Assembly: GCA_951406725.2 (NCBI GenBank) | Contig: OX597819.1 | Span: 33,976,001 to 34,040,000 of the forward strand | DNA from: Octopus vulgaris | Taxonomy: Eukaryota | Direction of reading: 5' to 3' | Length of the DNA: 64,000 nt | In this document: positions 26,591 through 40,812 of the stretch, in pieces | Layout of the letters: every line of letters starts with the position of its first letter | Position numbering within the stretch: position 1 is the first letter of the stretch | Notes under the pieces: generated by a model | What the model saw: the letters and a program-made list of their open reading frames with translations, nothing else | Told to the model about the DNA's origin: nothing | Databases searched by the model: none | Program-made: the position numbers and the translations under genes

Positions 26591-27823
26591 ATCCAAGTCA
26601 GAGTAGTCTATTGAAACAAAACCAATCTGTGTATGTCACAACTCTATCTCACATATTTGAGCAAAAGATAACTTGACACCATCTCCAATTTTCTTGTTAT
26701 GAAGTGATGTTAGTCTGAAATATGGAAATATAAAGTGAAGAGTAATAGTTGCTCAGTCTTCCTTCCTTTATTTTCATCCAATATTTCAATTTACATTCTA
26801 TTGGCATTGGAATAATTTAAACTTTAAATATCATACATTGCTTCACTGAAATTACACTACTTAAGATATATATATATATATACATGGAACTTAACTGAGA
26901 GGCACCACATTATCTGTCTAGATAATATATCCCTTCAAACACACACACACACACACACACATACACACACACATACATACACATACATACACATATATAC
27001 ATACCCATACACATAAATATATTCTCATGCATACACCGACATATAAAGTTAAAATATACTTTACTAAAGCTGTCAAAATCTAGAGTATATTAAATATAAA
27101 CTGAAAGAAATAGACAGTTTCTAATCACTTGAAATATTGTGACGATAGGGCTTATCTATGCATAACAATTTAGAAATAATGGAATGGAATAATGCAGCAG
27201 AGAAAATCTCCAGTGAAGGTAGCATATATTTTAATGAAGGCAGATCTTCCATTTTATAGTATATGGTTACTCTGCATGCGTTTGTGTGTGTGTGTGTGTG
27301 AGTTTGATATTTTATAAATATCCAAGATAAGTAGAAAGTAGATAGAAAGTAACTCACCTGAAGGAGACCTAACCTCTATTGACTTGCAGCTAGTCAATGA
27401 ATAAATAAATAGAATTCTATATATTGTTCACAACTCAATTATTCTCACACATGATGGCACTCGATATCTATGTGATCATTCTACCCATTAATAGAGAGGG
27501 GAGACAAAAAGAAAATCATTTCCAGTTTTTATTCTTACATTGTTTTGATGGGGTTTTTTGTTGTTGTTTTTTTTTTTTTTTTAGTTTAATAAAAGCCCTA
27601 GAATAATATGAAGAAACACACCCGCATACAAACAAATAACTAATTTAACTTTAAACTCTGAAAGAATGATGACCTAAGAGCAATAGAACTTTTGACAATT
27701 TAGATAAGAATAAATCAAAATATAAATGAACCATATGTCTGAGCTATTTCTTCCTTTTGATGAAAACATAAAATAATTTTATACATACAAAAGTGTGTGG
27801 TGTATATGGTATATGCTTATATA

Positions 27824-27879
<56 letters not shown>

Positions 27880-28037
27880 TCATACAAAGATATATATATA
27901 TTTATACACACACATCATACAAAGACACACACATATATATATATATATACACACATATGCACACATACACATTCTTTTGTGTTTGTAATTTTTATGAAGA
28001 CTTTGATTTTGATTTGAAGGTGTGTGTGTGTATGTGT

Positions 28038-28089
<52 letters not shown>

Positions 28090-28536
28090 TTATATTTGAA
28101 AAACAACTAAACAAAAAAAATAATAACTGACACAGAGTCACATACATAATTATTTACATATATTTCTTCATTCCTTTTTATGTGAGTGACAAAAAAAAAA
28201 AATTACTGAAGTCGATGCTATGATGGATTGGCGAAACTAAAATCTCAATATTTAGTCAATAAGTAACGAATTAACTCTGAAATTAAAGATTTATCGTTTC
28301 GCACATTGATTTTTTTTCTTTTTTTTTTTTTTTGAAAGGAAATTTATTAGAGAAATGGGCTATATATGCACGCATAAATATCAATCTATATAAGTTTTTA
28401 CATACATACACACATACACATATGTATATTTGAGTTTTTATTGTATTTGCAACATATGTTGCTAAAATATCTTATGTATATTCAGATATGCCTATTAATA
28501 CAGTTACTATAGAGGTACAGTTTTATATGCTTGGTT

Positions 28537-28584
<48 letters not shown>

Positions 28585-29430
28585 TGTGTGTGTGTGTGTG
28601 TGCATGCATGCATTTATGATGTACATTATGAAAGCCAAGCGAATCATGTATAGTGATAACATCAATAAATTAAGAGTTAATAGTGAGTTCTATAAGGAAT
28701 TTTGCATGTAAGCATCCACCAGAACTTGGTTCAGATTTCCATGTTTCTTAGAATCCTCCAGATTATAACAGAGGAATTTCAGACCAGCTGCTTATAGCAA
28801 CTCTTGTATGCTTATGGGAAAGGCACATGGTTTAGTGGTTAGGGTATTCAGCTCCAAATTGTAAAATCATGAGTTCAATTCCTGGTGATGTGTTGTTTTA
28901 TTTTACATTGCCCCAATCCACTTAGCTGGCAAAAATGAGTAATACCTATATTTCAGAGAGCCAGCCTCGTCACACTCTGTGTCATGCTGAATCTTTCTGA
29001 GAACTACATTAAAGTTATATGTGTCTGTGGAGTACTCAGCCATACTCTCATTAATTTCACGAACAAGCTGTTCCATTGACTGGATCAGCTGAAACCCTTA
29101 TCAGTTAATATGCTGATGGCCTAAGTCTCAGAGCTCTCCAGATCATAACAGAAATGTTTCAGACCAGTTGCTTATGGTAACTCTTGTATTCTGATGGCCC
29201 AACTCTCAGAGCTGAATCTACTGAGTAGAAAATAAATGCCAAACTTGGAAGCAAAGTTTGAAATCATGTGGTTTCAATTTAAACTTTTAGTTAGTAAGAA
29301 ATAAGACTGGACCCTATTGATTTCATTGAAGTGAGTGTGCTTGATATGCAAACAAGGAGTAGATAGGAATTCCATATTGCGTATCTATTGTGATCTAAGT
29401 GAGAAAAGTATATTTCAAATATAGTTTATA

Positions 29431-29819
29431 GGCACAGGAGTGGCTGTGTGATAAGTAGCTTGCTTACCAACCACATGGTTCCATATTCATTCCCACTGCG
29501 TGGCACCTTGGGCAAGTGTCTTCTACTATAGCCTCAGGCCGACCAAAGCTTTGTGAGTGGATTTGGTAGACGCAAACTGAAAGAAGCCCGTCGTATATAT
29601 GTATATGTGTGTGTGTGTGTGTGTTTATGTATTTGTGTTTGCCCCCCCCCCCCACATCGCTAGACAACTGATGCTGGTGTGTTTATGTCCCCATAACTTA
29701 GCAGTTCAGCAAAAGAGACCGATAGGATAAGTACTAGGCTTACAAAGAATAAGTCCTGGTGTTGACTCCAGCATGGCCGCAGTCAAATGACTGAAACAAA
29801 TAAAAGAGTAAAAGAGTAA
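29431..29819 (+). mobile_element. Full-length SINE family A
   Basis: ggcacaggagtggctgtgtg head through to the aaaagagtaaaagag tail. Confidence 0.9.
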
Positions 29820-30104
29820 GTGCAGTTAGCAGTAACAGAACAGATAAAATAAAATTTCTTAGGTTCCTTAGAAGTATCTCATAATTTTGCTTTGAAAAAT
29901 TTATTAGCAGTGGATGTGAGGAATCTGAAGACATAGTTGCCAAAGTAAAAGCAAGGTTTAGGGAGCTATTACCTCAGCTAGAATAAAACAAAAAAGGAGG
30001 CTCCTCTCTCGGGGTGAAGTTTACTCTGAAGGATGCTTATGTACAAAGTAAGATGGTGCATGACAATGAGAGTTAGGATTTGAATGCAGATGAGTTGTGC
30101 ACGC

Positions 30105-30366
30105 TGAGAGTTGCTGAAGCATGGAACAAACTGCCGGCATCAGTTGTTAGTTGTCGGAGCGCTGCATCCTTCAAAACTTCCATGCTTTCTGAGATTCGCC
30201 AACACTACACCTGATTTCCTCCCCTCCATACACACACAAGCATGTATCTGACTCATACATTGTTCACTTTCCAGACATTTGTACAATACTGCATATACTT
30301 TATATGCACTTTCCGACAAGTTGTGGTGCACCTGAGCACTGTATACAATAATTTCATTATTATTAT
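30105..30366 (+). mobile_element. CR1/L2-type LINE 3' end nested in older RTE fragments (about 29890-30900)
   Basis: LRVAEAWNKLPASVVSCRSAASFKTSML (WNxLP motif) followed by a UTR and (ATT)n tail; flanks read AKVKARFRELLP, YGHVM and RGRPRR. Confidence 0.75.
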
Positions 30367-30964
30367 TTTTTTTAAATTTTTAAATGAACCAAACATACTC
30401 TACTAGGTGTGTAATGTTACTGTGCTTGGACAACAGAGCACAAATAACTCACTTAAAACTGGATATGCACGGAATGTTCATATATTTGTATATAGGCTCA
30501 TAGAGCTGGTTTCCCAGTTTCCAGAGTGTATATATTCCCCACCTGGATGGGACACCAGTCCATCATGGGCTTACTCATTTTTGCCAGCTGAAGTTTTTAG
30601 CTCAAGAAGACATCTTATTGTCCAGTCCAAGAATCGAAACCACAGTCTTACAATCATGAGTCCAATACCCTAACCACTAAGCCACATGCTCCTACTAACA
30701 GGAATGTAATGTGCTTAAAGAAAGCTACTTTTGTATGGGCATGTGATGTGTGTAACACATGGAAATTCTATAAAGGTGTACTGAGTGACCCAAATGGATT
30801 GGAAGAGGGAGACCAAGAAGACATGGAATGAAGTGGTGAAGGCTGATCTCAAAAACCTGAACGTCAAAAAGGATGTGCTGAAACACAGTGCTGGAGGAGA
30901 CCCAACCATCTCATACAAGAATGGAATGCTGGGTATAGAATTTGTGATGATCTTTTAGATTGTG

Positions 30965-31345
30965 TCTTTTACTTGTTTCAGTCATTACACCATGACCATA
31001 CTGGGGCACTACCTTGAATCAACCCCAGTACTAATTTCTAATTTTTTTTAAAGCCTAGCACTTATTATATTGGTTGCTTTTGCCAAACTGCTAAGTTACA
31101 GAAAGGTAAACACATCAACACCAGTTGTCAAGTGGTAGTGGGGGACAAACACAAACACAAAGGCACACACATAGATATACATATATGCGACAGGCTTCTT
31201 TCAGTTTCCATCTACTAAATCCACTCACATGGCTTTGGTTGGCCCAAACCCTTTGTAGAAGACACTTGTCCAAGGTGCCATACAGTGGGACTGAATCCAG
31301 AACCATTTAGTTGGTAAGCAAACTTCTTACCACACGACCACACTC
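30965..31345 (-). mobile_element. SINE family A
   Basis: Reverse complement of the 59169 copy along its full length. Confidence 0.85.
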
Positions 31346-32201
31346 AAAACTGAGTTGCATAATATCAAATTTCAGGCCTCACTTTTTCATTATGTTACTT
31401 TCACCGTTTGTATCTCACAACTTTTTCTATTAATGTGTCTGTCGCTATTATCATTCACATAACTCCTACTTCTCCATCATCCTGTTGCCTATAGAGCAAG
31501 GGAAGGCATCTCAATGGTTCTGCTATATTCAATCTTGAGGAACGACAGACCACCAGACAATGGTTAAGTAGTAGTAACATGACTGCGAAGGCAAAAGAGG
31601 GAGAGTGATACAAGAAAATCGAAGAGGTAATGAGAGAGTAATGGAGAGAGAGAGACAGCATATGATTGATGTTTGGGAAGAAAAATTTGAAATCTAATAC
31701 CATGGAAAGTGTGATTGGTGGTGGGGGGGGGAATAAATGACAGCACAATGACAGGAGGAAAGAAAAATTACTTGAAGTGAGAAAGAGCGATGAGTGAAAG
31801 AGAGCATGATGGCTGTCAGCGATGAGTGATGTGTGAGAGAGTGATGGATAGCAATAAAGAAAGATGATACCTTTCGTTATTGCTATCTATCACTCTTTTG
31901 TCACACTGTATGCTGCTCATGTTATTTGTATTCAAGATCCTTACCAATAATTAACCATGCGCGCAACCCTCCTCTCTCTCCTCCTCCTCCAATTACCATC
32001 TCACTCCTCTCACTCTGATTCTCTGTCATTGCCTTCTCTTCTGCCACTCTCTTAAACATATTACTTTTATCCAACATCCTTACAAACAATCCTCACCTAT
32101 CACTACTGTTCCTGTTCTATTCTTTCACTGCTCTATCAGTTGCCCACTCTCACTCTCTTCCCCCCACCCTGTTGTGCAGAAAAGAGAAAAATGAATAGAA
32201 A

Positions 32202-32204
<3 letters not shown>

Positions 32205-32233
<29 letters not shown>

Positions 32234-32695
32234 CTTAATGTCTGCTTAGTTTCTACAGGTGGATGCCCTTCCTAATGCTAACCACTTGACAGAGTGTGCT
32301 GAGTGCCTTATACATGCCACCAGCATGGATGCATTAACGCAGCACTGACATGGGTGCTTCTTACATGCCACCGGCATAGGTGCATTTATGCAGCACTTGC
32401 ATGGGTGTGTTAATGCAGCACTGGCATGGATGCTTTTTACGTGACACCAGCACCTGGAAGGACAAGCCTGTATGTGTGGAGAACAAGGATTTTACTTAGT
32501 TTGATGTGTCTTATCAAGTACAGCAAATCACCATGTCTCCCAGTCCCTTGTCATTTCCTCAGTGAGGCCCAGCATCTGAAGATCCTTTCTCACCACTTTG
32601 TCCCACATCATCCTGGGTCTACCCCTTCCACAGGTACCCTCAACAATTAGAGCTCAGCACTTCTTTACACAACTGTCCTTATCAATACACAACAA
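32205..32695 (-). mobile_element. Older 5'-truncated RTE 3' end
   Basis: (CAT)n tail, ggatgcccttcctaatgctaaccac motif, and ttccacaggtaccctcaac (VEGTCG on the minus strand). Confidence 0.75.
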
Positions 32696-33413
32696 CTCAA
32701 GGAAAAAGTGGGACTCTGGAATTCTTCATTTTGCTGTAAGACAACTTCTCTGTTGCTGTTGAACAAGCAGAAACAACACAGAGTAGAGAGGACTTTTTTA
32801 CCCTTGCCAGGAACAAGTCAAACTTACTGGTGTTGAAACTTCGATAAAATGCCACCATTACCATCTCTGAAGTGGTTAATGGCAAGAAAGGCATCCAACT
32901 ATAAATGCTATGCCAAAAATGACACAAGTGAAATGTAATCCCTGATTCATGGAGGAGGTTAGTAACTGTGAAAATAAGAACTGATCTGAGCCACTCAACC
33001 CATACAAAGATGGAAAAGTGAATTAAATTGATTTTATTCTATTCATATAACCATGTGTTTCTGAGTTCTGTTCCACTGTGTAGTACCTCGGGCGAGTGTC
33101 TTCTACAATAGCGTTGGGTTGAATTGTGAGTGGATTTGGTAGACAGAAACAGAAAGAAGTCCATCATGCATGTGTATGTGTGTGTGTGTGTGCTTGTCCT
33201 CTACCACCATGTGACAACTGGTATTGGTTTGTTTATGTCCCCATAACTTAGTGGTTAGGCAAAAAAGATAAATAGAGTAAATACGAGGTTTTAAAAAAAT
33301 AAGTCCTGGGGTCAATTCATTTGACTATAAGATCTTCAAAGGCAGTGGCCAGCATGGCTGCAGCCTAATGACTGAAACAAGTAAAAGAGTAAAAAAGTAT
33401 ATATATAATATAT

Positions 33414-33761
33414 ATATATATGGAAAAAAGTCAAGGTAGAAAATACTAAAATAATTTTATAAAAACATTTCAGTACCAAGACTTTTTCAACTGTTACAGT
33501 TGAAAAAGTCTTGGTACTGAAATGTTTTTATTTAATTGTATGGAAAACAATTAAATTTTGGAAAAGTTAAAAGAAAAGTTTTTAAAAGAATATTTGCATA
33601 ATATTCAAATACAAGGGGCATTTTCCTTTTTTCTGCCTGTCTCTGTCTCTCTTGTTTACTCTTGCGGGTTCAAGGTCGTTGTGAAGTTTTGGGAGGGAAG
33701 AAGAAGGGGGAGGAGAATGCGGGGAGTGCCATCCTACTACCATTATGGCACTCCCGCATTA

Positions 33762-33806
<45 letters not shown>

Positions 33807-34064
33807 CCTACCAAAAATTCACAACGACCTTGAACCCACAAGAGTAAACAAGAGAGACAGAGACAGGCAGAAAAAAGGAAAATGCCCCTTGTATTTGAAT
33901 ACTATGCAAATATTCTTTTAAAAAACTTTTCTTTTAATTTTTCCAAAATTTAATTGTTTTCCATACTTACAGTTGAAAAAGTCTCAATGACTGAAACCGG
34001 TACTGAAATGTTTTTTATAAAATTATTTTAGCATTTTCTACCTTGACTGTTTTTCCATATATAT
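33414..34064. repeat. 650-bp nested fold-back (long inverted repeat)
   Basis: Inner arms 33538-33698 / 33804-33965 are nearly perfect; outer arms 33414-33495 / 33968-34064; a perfect 35-bp palindrome at 33460-33530; a central hairpin at 33716-33760. Confidence 0.92.
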
Positions 34065-34144
34065 CAACTCGTGTGTTCCTATTCAACCTTCTACATATAT
34101 ATATCTATATATATATATATATCATTAGCAGTTAATAAATCACC

Positions 34145-34191
<47 letters not shown>

Positions 34192-34891
34192 AATGTATGT
34201 ATGTATATGACCCATGCAGGCATGTAAAATTTGAAGGTGATGATGATGCTGATATATGCATACCCCTTCCCCACTGCTGCCACCTCTTTCAAAGACAAGT
34301 CTTTTATCCATCCAGCATTTATAAAATAAGTATTTGGAACAGAATGAGCTTAACTGAATTACCTAACGTTCTCCTCAATAAATTTCTGGTTTAATCGCAC
34401 TGTGAGAAATCATTATTGACATTGTCACCGTGGAAATCTAGATCTTTGGAGTTATTTGTGTGACATTCTCAGATATTACATCTGAGCTTTTCTGTAATTG
34501 ATTTTACTTCACATTTCTTCTAGATTGCAACATGATGGTTCAAGAATAGTTGTGATTAAAATGTTTGCTTCATAACTATGTGGCCTTTTGGTCTGTCTTC
34601 CTTTGCAGTGCTTTTGGACATGCATCTGAACAGAACCTTGTGATTCAAATATGGGTGATTTCAGTTGCAAATATTCAGACCAGAGACTGGTGACGGCTGA
34701 AGGCATGTGCAGACTGGATAATTGCTCAGGGGCTTACAGATCTTGGGCACAATTCTAATCTATGTATGCTATGGTTTACTGTCAATAAATAAATACTACA
34801 AGGCCCAGGGCAGTAACTTGCCAGGTGGTTGAGGGTGCTATGATGCAGCCAAGATGGCCCTACCAGGGTTCAAATCTCTGGTCTGAGAATA

Positions 34892-35721
34892 TGAGGTGAT
34901 ATCAAAAAGTTCCTGGGCAAGTTCTGTAGCACACCAATAGATGACAGCACATGGTTGCACATGCAGTGAAAGCTAGCAGTGACCTTCATGAGGCAATACG
35001 TCAAGTGATATCACTGTGTTTACTTTGCAAGTTGTGAAATTTGTGTTTTTGTGTTCATGTGTATGCTGTGGTCTGTAAGTTTTGTCATGGAGAGGAAGTT
35101 GGGACAAAGAGCCAATGTGAAATTTTGCGTTAAACTCTGGAAGTCTGCTACGAAGACACTGAGCATGCATCAGCAAGCTTACAGCGATGAGGCAATGGGT
35201 CGTACACAATGTTTCAAGTGGCACAGGTGCTTCAAAAGTGGAAGAACATCCCTGGAAGGCATACCATGAGCATCACTCCCAGAAATGTAGTATTGTGCAT
35301 CGAGAATTTGTCCCCCAGGGCCTGACCATCAATTGAAAGTTGTTCTATGAAGCATTCGAGGGAGGAAATTTAGCAAAACAACCAGATCTGTAGGGAGCAA
35401 AAAATTGTTTTCTTCACTGACGTCTCCTCACTCATCAGTTTCTCATCAAAAACTTGCAGACTTTTATCTCTTCCTCATGATGAAAAGGCAAGTCAAAGGT
35501 TGTTATTTAACATCATTGTCGAGATTCAGAGGGAATTGCAAAAGGTCCTTGACTTGCTTATAGAAAATGACTTCCAGGCCAGATTCCAAAAGTGACAGGA
35601 ATGCTAGAACCGTGTACTGTTGCACAAAGTGACTATTTTGAAGGAGATGATGTTAAAACTTAGTAAATAAGTTATTTTTCATGAAACATAATTAGTCTGG
35701 GAACCTTTTGATACCACCTCA
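34892..35721 (+). mobile_element. Internally deleted mariner element
   Basis: TIRs tgaggtgatatcaaaaagttcc / ggaaccttttgataccacctca with TA flanks; N-terminal HTH QRANVKFCVKLWKSATKT...AYSDEAMGRTQCFKWHRCFKSGRTSLE. Confidence 0.9.
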
Positions 35722-36912
35722 TAAGTTCCTTCCTTCCTTCCTTCTTTCCTTCCTTCTTCCTTGGCAGTCATGGAGACCCTTAAAACTGACTGAGCTAGTA
35801 AACAAACAAACAAAGTTTCCACAGAAGTTATGTATAAAACTGTGAAGAAACATCATCAGTAAGAGATATTAACCATCATCAAAACCCAGAGACACACATA
35901 CATAAATATGCACATACATAATTGTGTAGTGTACACACATGCACACATAAATAATTGAGTTACATAGACACATACACACATAATTACGTAGCATACACAC
36001 ATAGATCTGTTGTCTACACATATAAACACATAACTGAGTTGCATAGACATACACACACAAAATGTGATGCATGCACATATACATACATAACTATGTACCA
36101 TACACCATAAATGATTATGAAGCACAAGCTTATAAATAATTGTTGTAATGTAAACATATATATATACACATAATTGTATACCAACCTATGACAGCATGGA
36201 AAACAGATATTATACCATAACAATGATGACACACATACAGACATACATAACTACATAGCATATACATATACACACATAAATGTGTACTGTACAACAGTAC
36301 ACACTAATACACATAATTGAATACCATAGACACATATACACGTAAAATAATTATATACCATATACAAATAATTAAACATCATTCACATATGTAAGCATAC
36401 ATAACTGTGTAGCATATACATATGCATACACATAAAACTGTGTGCAGTACACCTGTACACACATATACACATACATATACACATACATACATACACTCAT
36501 ACACATACTCACACACACAAAAAAAAACATACACGCTTAACATAAACACATAAATAATCAAATACTATACACACCTATATACCCATAATTGTGTAAGCAT
36601 ACACATAAACCTAATCCTATATAATCTGCTATTGATGTCACAATAAAAGCAAAAATAACAACACAGATTTCACAAACCTGTTAGTTTTGTGTATTGAACG
36701 GATTAATAGCAACAGATTTACAAAAGTCCTCCTGTCTCCTGTGAACACTTGAAGAAGAAGAAGAAGAAGAAATGGTTTTTACCCCTTCCAAATGATTCTC
36801 ATTCATTAACATCACTGCCACCAATAATCCAACATTTTGATTCCTCTGGTAACTTTTCTCAATAATCAATATTCAAACCTTTCCATTAGTCTTCTATATC
36901 ATGTCTTTTACG

Positions 36913-36959
<47 letters not shown>

Positions 36960-37143
36960 GCATGCAAACACACCTTTTATCTCCCTCTCTCTTTATCTAT
37001 ACATACACACACATGCACACATACAATCACAAATATATATACATATATACATACCATACACACACACATATATATATATAGATATATATATATACACACA
37101 CACATGTACATACATATATATATATATACAAATGTATAAACAC

Positions 37144-37183
<40 letters not shown>

Positions 37184-37240
37184 TATAGATATACGTGTAT
37201 GAGTGCATATATATATATATATATATTGCATATATATGTA

Positions 37241-37272
<32 letters not shown>

Positions 37273-37882
37273 CAAATGTATAAACACTATATGTATATAT
37301 ATACACAACTCACACACATATAGATATACAATATATGTGTATGAGTGCATATATATATATATATACACACATATTTGCTTGTATGTGTGTATATGTATGT
37401 ATGAATGTGTGTAAGTATGTTTTACATTTCACAGTCGTGTTTTTTTGCTTTGTTATTTTTCTGTTCCAAACAATTGCTGGAAATTACAGTTCTGTCCATT
37501 TTATTTATTTTACTTATTTTTTTTCTATTTGTTCCAATTCTATTTTCGAAATATAAAAATTGGAAAATTTCAGAAGAAAGTGAAATTTATCAATACTGCC
37601 ACTAACACCAGATTAGCATCAACAACACTTACCCAGCATCTCTTTCCACCACAACTGTCATGCACACGCACACACACACACACATGCACACACACGCATG
37701 CATGCACATACACACACATGCAAGTGCACGCACACACATACACTGGCTTTTTTTATTTAATCTATCTCATGATATTCTAAAGAATAAAAATGAGTAGAAA
37801 ATTTAGGAAAAGAAATCCCATTAAAATATAAATTCAAAAGTATATCCACAAAAAACTTCCCACTTTATGCACGCACGCACAT

Positions 37883-37989
<107 letters not shown>

Positions 37990-38307
37990 TCACGTGATCA
38001 CGTGACCGACCAGACCATCAGATGCTGTTACACATCGCTGGTCACAATGTGTTCGCATTGTTTTAGCCTTCGAATGACGCCACCCCGCTGGCTAAGCGAG
38101 CAGGCCAACAGAAGAAAGAGTGGTGAAAGATTACAGCAGGGATCACCCCCTGCCGGAGCCTCGTGGAGCTTTTAGGTGTTTTCACTCAATAAACACACAC
38201 AACGCCTTTTACGTGCCACCGACATATATAAGAACATAAAAACAGTCATCAAAAGATATCAAATTTTAAATTTCAGTCAACACAGTAAAATTATGTGCGT
38301 GCTTATG

Positions 38308-38384
<77 letters not shown>

Positions 38385-38475
38385 TGTGTGTGTGCGCATG
38401 CATACCAAAAGTGCCACCCACCCTATCTAGAGTAAGGACCAGGTGTTGCAACAGCTTGGATTTCAAGGGTTTAGA

Positions 38476-39475
38476 GCAATAATTCTCAACCATTTTTAGC
38501 CTATGGACCCCTTTCATTCCTGTTTTACCCTAAAACAAAATATTTTCATATTTAAATATTATTAGAAAATGTATAAAAAATTAGAATGTTTTGTGCTTTG
38601 TAGAAATATAAGTAATTTATTGTGCATAAATTTTAACAACAAAAGGGCCATAATGACCCCAGTTGAAAACCATTGGTTTAAACCAGTAGTTCTAAAGCAG
38701 GGTCTATATGGTCCCTGAGGTTCCAAGTAAGATTTTTGAGGAGTCCACACAACAAAACAGTAAATTGAGAAGCCACAATAATATTTCAAGGGTCCCTGTA
38801 AAAATTTTGCTATAGAAGTATGTATTGCTATTTATTGCAAGAACCAGCAAGGTTTCTTTCTCTAACGTTTTATATAGTTCAACCAACACAAGATAATGTG
38901 GGAAAAACAAAGTAAGAAATTTAAAAGAAGTTTCTATAAAACTACTTTTTCAACTTCATTTTTGCATCTGCTTTGCAAGATTCTTTATGTGAATTTGTGT
39001 GTTGGAGCAAATTATGTTGTGTCTGGATTGTGTCATATTGTCTACTTTTTAAACATCGATTAATTATGGAGGCCCACCTGAATGAAATAGTAATCAAAGG
39101 GGTCCATAGATAAAAAAAAATGATTGAGAATGTCTTGTCAATATGACCCATGAGGGTCCATATAAGATTTTTGGTAGTCCAAGCAAGAAAATAGTAAATT
39201 GGGGATCCACCACAGTGTTTTAAGGAGACCCTGAAAAAATGTTTGCTTTAGATGTATGAATTGCTGTTTATTGCAAAAAACAGCTAGGTTTCCTTCTCAA
39301 ACATTTTACGTAGTTCAACCGGCACATTAACATGTGAAAAACAAAAGAGGAATTTGAAAGAAGTTTCAATAAAACAAGATTTTAAACATCAAATGGCTAT
39401 TGGGGTGCAGGGGGTCCACTAGAATAAAACAGTAATCAAAGGGGTTCATAGATAAAAAATGATTGAGAACACCTG
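38476..39475. mobile_element. Cluster of about three decayed MITE-like units (hAT-like ends cagtggttctcaa / ttgagaaccactg)
   Basis: Repeated aatagtaatcaaaggggtccatagataaaaaaatgattgagaa ends in both orientations; the cluster is bracketed by a ~40-bp direct repeat (agtaaggaccag...ttggatt) at about 38430 and 39482. Confidence 0.6.
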
Positions 39476-40592
39476 GGCTACAGTAAGGACCAGATGCTGC
39501 TTTGGATTCCAAGGATCCACAGCTTTTATCTTTTATATTTTACTTGGTTCACTCACCAGACTGTGACCATGCTGGAGCAACGCATTGAAGAATTGTTTAG
39601 TTGAATGAATCAACCCCTGCACATAGTAGTTTTTTTTGTTAAGCCTACTATATATTCTATTGGTGCCTTTTGCTGAACTTTTAAATCATGAGGATGTAAA
39701 CATATGGGGACATAAACACTCAAACACTGGTTGTCAGATGTAATTTTTTTTTAATTGCTTGAAACACTGGCTTCACAACATTAAGTAGTAAAATCTCTCT
39801 CGTCATTTAACTGAATGCTTTTTATGCAGATGACGTTCCTGAGAATATTTTTCCTTTTTTTTTTCTGTTTGTTTCAAGCAAAGTAAGCGCTTTCATTAAT
39901 TATTTTTTCATCTGCAATATTTAGTACTTTAATGAATCCACCTACATACATATGAATATCAGTTTCCAAGTCATATATAACACCTAGATCATACGGAAGT
40001 GTGTGTATGTATGTATACATACATATGTACATACATACATGCATACATACAAATATATATGTATATATACAAGTAAAAAATGTGTTATGAGCATTTATAG
40101 GATATAATCCTATATAAACTCAACCAACAGTTAAAAAATGGAGAAGAGAACTTGGTAGTTTTTTTGTTAAGCCTACTATATATTCTATTGGTCCCTTTTG
40201 CTTAACTTTTAAATTATGCGGATTTAAATATATGGGGACATAAACACACAAACATTGGTTGCCAAGTGGTGGTGATAGGGGACAAACACAATCACAAAGA
40301 CTTGAACTAAACCTTTCTCACACATATATGTATATATATATGCATTTACACATATGTCGGCATCATCATCATTTAACGTCCATTGTCCATACATTGTCCA
40401 TGTATGTATATACATACATACATACATACATACATACATACATACATACATACATACATACATACATACATACATACATACATGCATGCGTGCATGCATA
40501 CATACATATACACCCACACACTGACATACACACACACACATATATATATATATACATTATATATATATATATATACACACACACATATATAT

Positions 40593-40812
40593 AACTTATA
40601 AACAAGGGCAATAGAAAAATTATTTCAATGCCAATATGTTGAGAACAGACTTTAAATCATCAATTTCCAGATTTATAATATACATTCACTATAGATAGAT
40701 CTAGCTGTATCTATAGTGAATGTATATTATAAATGTGGGAATTGACGATTTAAAGTCTGTTCTCAGCATATTGGCATTGAAATAACTTTTCTATTGCCCT
40801 TGTTTATAAGTT
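40593..40812. repeat. Hairpin with ~105-bp arms and a 10-nt loop
   Basis: aacttataaacaagggcaatagaaaaa...cactatagata pairs with tatctatagtg...ttctattgcccttgtttataagtt. Confidence 0.92.

Noticed and set aside
36837-37414. Many YIYI/THTH/CVCV ORFs here and throughout the window
   Set aside because: Dinucleotide and tetranucleotide repeats lack stop codons; not real proteins.
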